A stretch of 64,000 bases of DNA from assembly GCA_944326365.1 (NCBI GenBank), contig CALVDR010000007.1:10037-74036 (forward strand), read 5' to 3'. Positions 9,157 to 16,704 of the stretch are shown piece after piece. The notes under the pieces were generated by a model. It had not been told where the DNA came from. It worked only from the letters and a program-made list of their open reading frames with translations, and made no database searches. Both the position numbers and the translations under genes were made by a program. Numbering within the stretch: the first letter of the stretch is position 1; the number at the start of each line of letters is the position of its first letter. Source of the stretch: an uncultured Bacteroidales bacterium (GTDB lineage: Bacteria; Bacteroidota; Bacteroidia; Bacteroidales; UBA932).

Positions 9157-10211
9157 CGTTCTTCGTTTTTCAGGAATTCCATGGTCCTGGCTTCGACCAG
9201 ACGGGCCGCTTCCGCAGCTGTCCCTTCCGGAAGGTCCGTGCCTTTCATAAGCTTGCCGCCTGCAGCCAGTTCGTGACCGCCTCCGTTGAAATACATGGCA
9301 GAGCATCTGTTTGCGGAAGTGCCTTTCTTCGACCTTATGGATACCCTGAACCTGTCGTCCTCTTCTTTCAGCAGGATGCTCATCCTTACACAGTCTATGC
9401 CAAGCGGGATATTCACGAATCCCTCAGTTTCCCCTTCGCGTATGCCGTATTTCGCGGCCATTGCCCTGTCTATAATCATGTATGCCACCCCGTAGTCCGT
9501 TATTTTCATGTTTTCCGAGAGCAGTTCTCCCATAAGCCGGAAACGGTTTTCACGATAGTTCGTATACAGGGCTGCCACCACCGCGTCCCTGTCAATGCCT
9601 GCGGCTAGCAGTCTGGAAGCCATCATGAATGTGGACGGGTAAACCGAGTTGGCGAAATTGTTCGTGTCAGTGGTCATGCCGGCCAGCAATGCTTCCGCTC
9701 CTCTGACCGGAAGTTTTCCGGCATCTCCGCCTATGTCAGGCATGTCCATCAGTATATGGTAGAGGAGTTCCGAGGTGGAGGAGATTTCCGTCTCCGAGAA
9801 TACAAGACTGAATTTCCCTGTATCCGGATTCAGATGATGGTCGATGAGTACCCTGCGGCATGTGCAGTCTTCCAGAATCCGCTGCATCTTTTCCGCACGG
9901 CTGAAACTGTTCATGTCCAGGCAGAAAAGCAGGTCGGCTGAGTTTATGGCGGCTGCGGCCTCTCCTGGCTTTTCCTCGTGGACGATGATGCTGTCCGCAT
10001 CGTCTCCGACCATAAACGCCAGCGAATCAGGATATTTGTCGTGAAGTATTATCACGGCCTGTTTCCCTGCCGCCTGCAGATATCTCAACAGCCCGAGAGA
10101 ACTGCCTATGGCATCTCCGTCAGGATGCATGTGGGTGACGACAGCCACCTTGTCCGCATCCGTAATCATGGAATGCAGCGATGCTGATAGTGTCCGGTCA
10201 ATACTCCTCAT
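9153..10211 (-). CDS. nrnA: DHH-family phosphoesterase, bifunctional oligoribonuclease/pAp phosphatase NrnA
   Basis: 352 aa. DHH motifs VTHMHPDGDAIGS, DHH (LIDHHLN) and the DHHA1 GGGHELAAG block. Confidence 0.85.
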   Translation of the reverse strand: MRSIDRTLSASLHSMITDADKVAVVTHMHPDGDAIGSSLGLLRYLQAAGKQAVIILHDKYPDSLAFMVGDDADSIIVHEEKPGEAAAAINSADLLFCLDMNSFSRAEKMQRILEDCTCRRVLIDHHLNPDTGKFSLVFSETEISSTSELLYHILMDMPDIGGDAGKLPVRGAEALLAGMTTDTNNFANSVYPSTFMMASRLLAAGIDRDAVVAALYTNYRENRFRLMGELLSENMKITDYGVAYMIIDRAMAAKYGIREGETEGFVNIPLGIDCVRMSILLKEEDDRFRVSIRSKKGTSANRCSAMYFNGGGHELAAGGKLMKGTDLPEGTAAEAARLVEARTMEFLKNEER

Positions 10212-10344
10212 AAACTCTTGTTCCCCCTCTCTTCTATGGATTGTTACGGGCGCAAATTTACAAAATTATATTGCATTTCATAAATCAAATTTTTAACTTT
10301 GTCCGGAATTTGGTTTGGAATATAATTAAATCACTAAAATAATT

Positions 10345-11055
10345 ATGAAAATACTGAAAAAGGTACTTATCTACCTCGTTTTCCCGCTCGCCATCATAGG
10401 ATTGGCTTACATGATTGTAGAAAGCGTCATGGAACCTGTGCGCTTCAACAATGAAAAGGCGGCTCGTGAGCAGGTCGCTATCCAGAGATTGAAAGACATC
10501 CGTACCCTTCAGAATGCATACAAGACGGAATGCGGAAAGTTTACGGCATCTTTCGATACCCTCAAGTCATTCTATACCGATTCTTCCATGATGGTGGTGA
10601 TGCAGCTCGGTTCTGCCGATGACTCTGTAGCAGTGGCCAATACCGAACAGCTCAAGAGGCGTAACCCTCGGATCAAGCCGGAGCAGATGCTGGAACTCTA
10701 CAAGAAAGGCGAGCGGCTGGTATTCAGGATTGAGAACAAGATTCCTGTGAAAGATACCCTGTTCAAGAACCGTACTGATTTCAATCTCGACTCCCTCGCA
10801 TTCGTACCGTTCTCACAGGGCGATTCCATCAAGATGGATGCAGTGGTGAAGACCGTATCAGGTGTGAAAGTCCCTCTGTTCGAGGCCAGCCTTACATACA
10901 AGTCTCTGCTGAAAGGTCTTGACAACCAGCTGAGGATCAATCTTGATGCATCGGAAAAAGAGAAAAACGAGAAGAAATACGGAACAGCTGATTTCTCAGG
11001 TCTGAAGGTAGGTAGTGTCACAGCTCCTAACAACAATGCTGGAAACTGGGAATAA
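10345..11055 (+). CDS. hypothetical membrane-anchored protein
   Basis: 236 aa, single N-terminal TM (VLIYLVFPLAIIGLAYMIV) and natural composition. A TAACTTTG box lies at 10294-10301 upstream. No family recognised. Confidence 0.6.
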   Translation: MKILKKVLIYLVFPLAIIGLAYMIVESVMEPVRFNNEKAAREQVAIQRLKDIRTLQNAYKTECGKFTASFDTLKSFYTDSSMMVVMQLGSADDSVAVANTEQLKRRNPRIKPEQMLELYKKGERLVFRIENKIPVKDTLFKNRTDFNLDSLAFVPFSQGDSIKMDAVVKTVSGVKVPLFEASLTYKSLLKGLDNQLRINLDASEKEKNEKKYGTADFSGLKVGSVTAPNNNAGNWE

Positions 11056-11728
11056 TAGCATAGAGAACATATCCGTGCAGGTGGCCCTGTCGGGTTATGT
11101 CTCCAGAATCGAACGTGACGGTGTCAGCGTATCATCCGGCTGGATGAGCGCTGACCGTTTTTTTACTGATCCCCAGTTCCGGAGACAGTACGGTGACGTA
11201 GCCGTGTCTGTCTTCACTCCGAAATTCGCCCTGATTCCGGAACAGTTCTTCGATGCCGTTTCCGCGAGGGAACAGTTGGCTGAAACAGCCGATATCACAG
11301 ATACCGACTATGTGTCCTATGAGCCTGTGCCTCAGATGAAGTCGGTTCTGGTTTTCTCCACTTCCATAGGGGAGACTCTGTCCAGGGCGGTTTCGGAGAC
11401 AGTGTGCAGGACAGACGGGGAAAAAGTGCGAGTCTTGCCGGAAGTATGGTACATGCTCCGCGCCCTGGATTTTGTCCCGGAATATAACAAGGTGCTGGCA
11501 TCTGTTGCTGACGGGCATTTGTATCTGGTAGTGGCCCAGGGCAGGAGTCTGCTTCTTTGCACCACTTTCCAGGCTGCTGATTTCGTCACGGCGGAGTATT
11601 TCATATTTCTGGCGATGAAGAAGTTCCAGCTGAATATGGAAATGACGGTGATATATTTCAGGACTCCTCTCCGTGAAGATGAGGAGATGTCGCTTTACAG
11701 GTATTTCAAGTCGGTGGACTATATTTGA
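11036..11728 (+). CDS. hypothetical protein, possibly DUF3822 family
   Basis: About 230 aa ORF immediately upstream of rsmD, a position I remember for DUF3822 genes in Bacteroidota. The family call is from memory of synteny and length only. The start is uncertain (11015 or 11036). Confidence 0.45.
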   Translation: MLETGNNSIENISVQVALSGYVSRIERDGVSVSSGWMSADRFFTDPQFRRQYGDVAVSVFTPKFALIPEQFFDAVSAREQLAETADITDTDYVSYEPVPQMKSVLVFSTSIGETLSRAVSETVCRTDGEKVRVLPEVWYMLRALDFVPEYNKVLASVADGHLYLVVAQGRSLLLCTTFQAADFVTAEYFIFLAMKKFQLNMEMTVIYFRTPLREDEEMSLYRYFKSVDYI

Positions 11729-11740
11729 TTTTCTGTCAAC

Positions 11741-12307
11741 ATGCGGATTATAGGAGGAAAACTAAGAGGAAAGACTATCAGCCCGCCTCAGGGATATGCG
11801 GCCAGACCGACTACGGATTTCGCCAAGGAAGGGTTGTTCAACATACTGAACAACGAATACGAGTTTGAGGGTCTTTCAGTGCTGGATCTTTTCGGCGGGA
11901 CCGGTTCGATTTCCTATGAATTTGCATCACGGGGAGCATCCGACATAGTCTGTGTCGAGATGAATCCGGCGAATGCCTCTTTCATCAAGTCTCAGGCTGC
12001 AAAACTGGGGATACGGTGTGTCACTGTCGTCAGACACAATGTTTTCGATTTCCTGAAAATCTGTGAAAAGAAGTTCGATGTGGTTTTCGCGGATCCTCCG
12101 TATGCCATAGACGGACTGGAGACCATTCCGGCGCAGGTATTTGCAGCTGGAGTGGTGAATCCGGGAGGTTATTTCATTCTGGAGCATCCCGGCTCATGCA
12201 GTTTTGCTGACGAACCTTTTTTCGTGAAGGAAAGGAAGTACGGAAACGTACATTTCTCCTTTTTCGAAGCTCCGGTTGAGAATGGGACAGAGACCGGAGA
12301 AAAGTGA
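11741..12307 (+). CDS. rsmD: 16S rRNA (guanine966-N2)-methyltransferase RsmD
   Basis: 188 aa. MRIIGGKLRGKTI N-terminus, LDLFGGTGS SAM motif, FADPPY catalytic motif. Confidence 0.85.
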   Translation: MRIIGGKLRGKTISPPQGYAARPTTDFAKEGLFNILNNEYEFEGLSVLDLFGGTGSISYEFASRGASDIVCVEMNPANASFIKSQAAKLGIRCVTVVRHNVFDFLKICEKKFDVVFADPPYAIDGLETIPAQVFAAGVVNPGGYFILEHPGSCSFADEPFFVKERKYGNVHFSFFEAPVENGTETGEK

Positions 12308-12344
12308 AATTGCACCGGGATACCGGTGCGTAAAAAGGATTATT

Positions 12345-13199
12345 ATGAAAAGGATTGTAACTGTTTCTATATTGGCCCTTATGGGCTATGCCTGTGCCCA
12401 GGCACAGACTGCGACCAGCCTTTTCTGGAAAAAGGACGGTGTTCAGGTGCCGGAAATCGTGTCGGAGAAGGCTGACCAGTACGGCAGTGTCGGCCACCAT
12501 GGCCCTGCGGTGGAAAATACGCATTTTGCATTGAGGATTTATTTCAATGACAGCGGAGCGATCGACGTGTATTCGAAGACAGGACGGGGGCTCGAACTGG
12601 AGAAATACAAGTGGTATCCTACCGTGGAGCAGCAGGAGAATGACGGTGCCGGGTGCGACGAGTATCGTGTAGGCAAGACTGTCGGTCTTGGCGGTATCGC
12701 TCTCTGGGACGGGAAGCAGGAGGTCAAGTTGAAGGCTACCGGAGGCAGGACGGCCAGGGTAGGGGATACGAAGACTGGTTCTTTCGCGGAGATGATAGCA
12801 TATGGAGTGCCGTATCAGGAGGACACGGTCGATATTTCCATCAGGATAGACATGAACAGGAAGACGCGTGAGGCGGTGGTCACTGCGACTTCCCTGACCG
12901 GGAAGCCTGTCATGTTCCTGACAGGAGTGAATTATCATCGCGGTGAGACTGTAAAATGCGGGAACGGCTTCATTTTCGCCTGGGGAATCCATCCTGCGGA
13001 TGTGTCGGCTTCTCCTATTCCCATAGGTGCCGGAATGTTCTACAAACCATCGGATTTCGGACCGATGGAAGTGACCGGTGATATGGTGAGGATCATTTCA
13101 AGACCTGCCAAAAGCATCTCTACCACTGTGGTGGCGGCATCCACGAAAGAGGCCGAACTGAACACTGCGAAACGTTTTGAAAATTACATGACGAAATAA
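12345..13199 (+). CDS. secreted hypothetical protein
   Basis: Start set at ATG 12345 (MKRIVTVSILALMGYACAQA signal peptide). 284 aa, beta-rich composition. No confident family assignment; a DUF4861-like impression only. Confidence 0.55.
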   Translation: MKRIVTVSILALMGYACAQAQTATSLFWKKDGVQVPEIVSEKADQYGSVGHHGPAVENTHFALRIYFNDSGAIDVYSKTGRGLELEKYKWYPTVEQQENDGAGCDEYRVGKTVGLGGIALWDGKQEVKLKATGGRTARVGDTKTGSFAEMIAYGVPYQEDTVDISIRIDMNRKTREAVVTATSLTGKPVMFLTGVNYHRGETVKCGNGFIFAWGIHPADVSASPIPIGAGMFYKPSDFGPMEVTGDMVRIISRPAKSISTTVVAASTKEAELNTAKRFENYMTK

Positions 13200-13687
13200 T
13201 GTCGAAAGCCAGGAAACCCGAGAAGACGAATGCGGCCCGTCTGTTGGACAAGGCCGGGATAGATTACGAACTGGTCCCGTATGAGGTTGATGAGAACGAT
13301 CTCGCCGCCACCCATATTGCGGACCAGCTCGGAGAGCCCATAGAGCAGGTTTTCAAGACTCTGGTCCTGTGTGGGGACAAGACAGGCCATTTCGTATGCG
13401 TTGTGCCCGGGAATGCAGAGGTGGATCTGAAAGCTGCGGCAAAGGTCTCGGGTAACAAGAAGTGCGACCTTATCCCGATGAAGGAACTTCTCGGAGTGAC
13501 AGGGTATATCCGGGGCGGCTGTTCTCCTGTGGGCATGAAGAAACCTTTCCCTACATATTTCCATTCTACTGCCCTTGATTTCGAGGTGATTTATGTCAGT
13601 GCCGGAGTCCGCGGTCTGCAGTTCCGACTCAGACCTCAGGATCTCATTTCATACGTTCACGGAGTCACGGCCGACATCATCAGATAG
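13199..13687 (+). CDS. ybaK: Cys-tRNA(Pro)/Cys-tRNA(Cys) deacylase YbaK
   Basis: 162 aa. TNAARLLDKAGIDYELVPYE...FKTLVL...GGCSPVGMKK match the YbaK/EbsC family. TAATG start/stop junction with the upstream gene. Confidence 0.85.
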   Translation: MSKARKPEKTNAARLLDKAGIDYELVPYEVDENDLAATHIADQLGEPIEQVFKTLVLCGDKTGHFVCVVPGNAEVDLKAAAKVSGNKKCDLIPMKELLGVTGYIRGGCSPVGMKKPFPTYFHSTALDFEVIYVSAGVRGLQFRLRPQDLISYVHGVTADIIR

Positions 13688-13724
13688 CGGGCGCAACGCA
13701 GAAAGCTCCCTTCCCTGCCATTCT

Positions 13725-15032
13725 TTATATGGTTACTGCGGTATAGTGAGGCCCGAACCGTTCGGATGCCGCGCGGTCAAGCATTTCACGGTCGTCCGGA
13801 TGGGCGATGCTTATGAGCAGTTTCGCTCTTTCCTGCATTGATTTTCCGTAGAGATCCACGGCTCCGTATTCTGTAACCACCCAGTGTGCATGTGCTCTGG
13901 TGGTCACTACTCCGGCACCGCTCATGATGACAGGAGCTATCTTCGACACTCCTTTTTTCGTGCGTGACGGCATGGCGATGATGGCTTTCCCTCCCTGTGA
14001 CAGCGAAGCTCCGTAGACGAAGTCGATCTGGCCTCCGACTCCGGAGTAGAATTTCGTGCCGATGGAGTCCGCGCATATCTGGCCTGTCAGGTCTATCTGT
14101 ACTGCGGAGTTGATGGCGACCATCTTTGGATTCTTCGATATCACGTACGGATCATTCGTGTAGCCGACATCCATCATGGCTACCATCGGATTGTCATCTA
14201 TGAAGTCGTAGCATTCCTTCGAACCGAGGAGGAAAGTCGCTACGATTTTTCCTTTGTCGGTGACTTTCTCCGTTCCGTCTATCACCCCCTTGTCCACCAG
14301 GCCGAGAACTCCGTCGGCGAACATTTCCGTGTGTATGCCCAGATGTTTGTGTCCGCCCAACTGTGCGAGGACAGCGTTAGGGATGGCGCCGATGCCCATC
14401 TGCAGGCAGGATCCGTCCTCTATGAGTTCCGCGCAGTGTTTTCCGATGGCTGTCTCCACCTCATCAGGCTGGCTGAAATGACTCGGTACGAGAGGCGTAT
14501 CGTCTTCCACGAAAATATCTATCAGGTCCGCCGGTATCATGGCCTGGCCCCACGCACGCGGAACATTCGGGTTTACTACCGCTATGACAGTTTTCGCACA
14601 TTCTATGGCTGCAAGTGTGGCATCCACTGATGTTCCCAGAGAAACATACCCGTGCTTGTCAGGAGGACAGACCTGTATCATGGCTACATCGCACGGAAGG
14701 GCTCCGCAGCGGTAGAGTTTCTGCGTTTCGCCCAGAAATACCGGTATATAGTCCGAATATCCCTCCTGTACGCTCTTGCGGACATTGGCCCCGATGAAGA
14801 AACCCTGATGGAAGAATATGCCTTCGAATTTCGGGTCAGTATACGGAGCCGGCCCCTCGGTGTGGAGATGATGGACTTTCACGTCCCTGAGTTCTCCGGT
14901 TTCGCCTCTGCGGCACATAGCGTTGATCAGGATCTGCGGGGCGCTGGCCACGCTGCTCAGATGCACGTGGTCTCCTGACTTTATGACTTTGACTGCCTCG
15001 TCGGCAGAAACATAGTGAATTTCCTTTTTCAT
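13725..15032 (-). CDS. acetyl-CoA hydrolase/transferase family protein (4-hydroxybutyrate / butyryl-CoA:acetate CoA-transferase type)
   Basis: 435 aa. Family-typical blocks LQMGIGAIPNAV, HTEMF, GVGGQIDFVYGA, TTRAHAHWVVTEYG. Confidence 0.85.
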   Translation of the reverse strand: MKKEIHYVSADEAVKVIKSGDHVHLSSVASAPQILINAMCRRGETGELRDVKVHHLHTEGPAPYTDPKFEGIFFHQGFFIGANVRKSVQEGYSDYIPVFLGETQKLYRCGALPCDVAMIQVCPPDKHGYVSLGTSVDATLAAIECAKTVIAVVNPNVPRAWGQAMIPADLIDIFVEDDTPLVPSHFSQPDEVETAIGKHCAELIEDGSCLQMGIGAIPNAVLAQLGGHKHLGIHTEMFADGVLGLVDKGVIDGTEKVTDKGKIVATFLLGSKECYDFIDDNPMVAMMDVGYTNDPYVISKNPKMVAINSAVQIDLTGQICADSIGTKFYSGVGGQIDFVYGASLSQGGKAIIAMPSRTKKGVSKIAPVIMSGAGVVTTRAHAHWVVTEYGAVDLYGKSMQERAKLLISIAHPDDREMLDRAASERFGPHYTAVTI

Positions 15033-15071
15033 GTCTGTCTTGGTTCGTATCAGGCAAAGTTAATAAAAAAC

Positions 15072-15713
15072 TCATAACAGGATATCCTGAAGTTCAGCAG
15101 GAGTGCCGAAAACGTAGTCCGACACGATATCCTTGCATGCAGGATTTCCCCAGCCTGCCAGTCCGAAATCCACTCCTGCGCTTCTGGCGCACTGGCTGTC
15201 ATAGACGGCATCTCCTATATAGAGTGTCTCCGCGGCTGAAGCTCCCGACATGGAGAGACAGGCATTCAGCGGATCAGGCGCAGGTTTGGGGCGGGAAGCA
15301 TCTTCCGCGCATACTACAGGACGGAAATAACCGTCCAGTCCGAACGGTCCTGCAAAATCGGATTCATACTCGCGGCGTGTCTTCGACGAGACGATTCCCA
15401 TTCCGTATCCTGCAGCCTTCAATGCTTCCAGAGACTCGCAGATGCCATCGAATAGCCGGATGGAAGTCCTGTAGTCCTGCATATGTCTGTACCATATCTC
15501 CTTGGCTGGTACAGTATCGTATATGCCCAGTCTGTTCAGGACGACATCTCCCGGGATACCCAGTGCGAACTTCAGGTCCGCGGCGGGGACATCCTTCCCA
15601 AGCAAGTCCTGCAGAGTGTCTTTCAGACTGCACAGGATGGCATGCTCGGTATCGAGCAATGTTCCGTCAATGTCGAATATGAGGTACTTGTACCGCTTTC
15701 CCATTGAACTCAC
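15072..15713 (-). CDS. HAD-family hydrolase (phosphoglycolate-phosphatase-like subfamily IA)
   Basis: 213 aa. DxDGTLxD motif I (LIFDIDGTLLDT), motif II VSSK, motif IV GDAVYD. Lies 6 nt downstream of the DeoR gene on the same strand. Confidence 0.8.
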   Translation of the reverse strand: MSSMGKRYKYLIFDIDGTLLDTEHAILCSLKDTLQDLLGKDVPAADLKFALGIPGDVVLNRLGIYDTVPAKEIWYRHMQDYRTSIRLFDGICESLEALKAAGYGMGIVSSKTRREYESDFAGPFGLDGYFRPVVCAEDASRPKPAPDPLNACLSMSGASAAETLYIGDAVYDSQCARSAGVDFGLAGWGNPACKDIVSDYVFGTPAELQDILL

Positions 15714-15719
15714 GTTTAT

Positions 15720-16484
15720 TTATGCTATAATGAGTCTGACTCCCAGTTCTTCCAGTCTGGCACGGGCATTTTCAGGCAGTCCGTCATCTGTGATCAGTAT
15801 GTCTACATTCTCCATCTGGCAGATCCGGGCGAAGCCGCGTTTCCCGAGTTTGCTCGAGTCTGTCAGGACCACGCATTTTTTCGCGGACCTGATGATCTGT
15901 CGGGTGAGGCTTGCTTCTTCCGTGGTGGCGCATGTGATGCCATAGTCCGGATCCAGTCCGTCCACTCCGATGAAGGCCTTGGAACAGAATACGTTGCTTA
16001 TGGCATTGTTGGCTTCCGCTCCGAGGACGGAAAGTGTATTGCTGTACAATAGTCCCCCTACCTGCATGACCGTGATGCCCTGGATGTCCCCCAGATGTGC
16101 GGATATGTTCACGGCCGTACTCACGACATTCAGCCTGCCTTTAGGCTTGAGCACCTCGGCGAATATGGTCATCGTCGAACCGGAAGCTATGATGATGGAG
16201 TCATCGTTTTCTATGAGGGCGGCTGCGGCTTCGGCTATCTTCTGTTTCTTCTCGAAGTTTATCAGTCTCTTTGTGCTCATGGTGATGTCCATGACCTGCG
16301 CAGCCGTAGGCAGGGCACTTCCGTATGCCCTGTAGAGCAGCCCTTTGGCTTCGAGATGGTTCAGGTCCTTGCGTATGGTAGTCTGTGTGACTCCGAATTT
16401 CTCCGCCAGGACCGACACTTTCACAAATCCCTCCTTGACTATGCTGTCCAGTATGTATTTCCTTCTTTCCGCTATAGCCGACAT
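15720..16484 (-). CDS. DeoR/GlpR-family transcriptional regulator
   Basis: 254 aa. N-terminal wHTH (VSVLAEKFGVTQTTIRKDLNHLE) and a C-terminal DeoR sugar-phosphate sensor domain. Divergent from susC. Confidence 0.9.
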   Translation of the reverse strand: MSAIAERRKYILDSIVKEGFVKVSVLAEKFGVTQTTIRKDLNHLEAKGLLYRAYGSALPTAAQVMDITMSTKRLINFEKKQKIAEAAAALIENDDSIIIASGSTMTIFAEVLKPKGRLNVVSTAVNISAHLGDIQGITVMQVGGLLYSNTLSVLGAEANNAISNVFCSKAFIGVDGLDPDYGITCATTEEASLTRQIIRSAKKCVVLTDSSKLGKRGFARICQMENVDILITDDGLPENARARLEELGVRLIIA

Positions 16485-16501
16485 GATCTTTATGTTTTAT
16501 T

Positions 16502-16650
16502 GAGCACGAAATCATACAAAATTAATAAAAGAAATCGGAAAACCTGAAATTTTCATGCATTGATTTATGTTTCGTTTCGAACCGAAAGCTTGTCAAAACG
16601 AAACATAAATTGCATTCAAAAATATCAAAAAGTGTTGCGAGAACGAAATC
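16502..16650. promoter_or_regulatory. candidate DeoR operator set in the deoR/susC divergent promoter region
   Basis: Perfect 15-bp inverted repeat ATTTATGTTTCGTTT (16563-16577) / AAACGAAACATAAAT (16596-16610) with an 18-bp spacer. Two direct boxes flank it: GAGCACGAAATC (16502-16513) and GAGAACGAAATC (16639-16650). All share the ACGAAA core. Confidence 0.5.
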
Positions 16651-16664
16651 TTTGCTTAATTTTG
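16634..16664 (+). promoter_or_regulatory. putative susC promoter (Bacteroides-type -33/-7)
   Basis: GTTG (16634-16637), 19 nt, then TAATTTTG (16657-16664), about 40 nt upstream of the ATG at 16705. The -33 box is imperfect. Confidence 0.35.
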
Positions 16665-16704
16665 CATGTGTATTGGTTTTTGAAACTATAATCGATTTTC
16701 TTCT

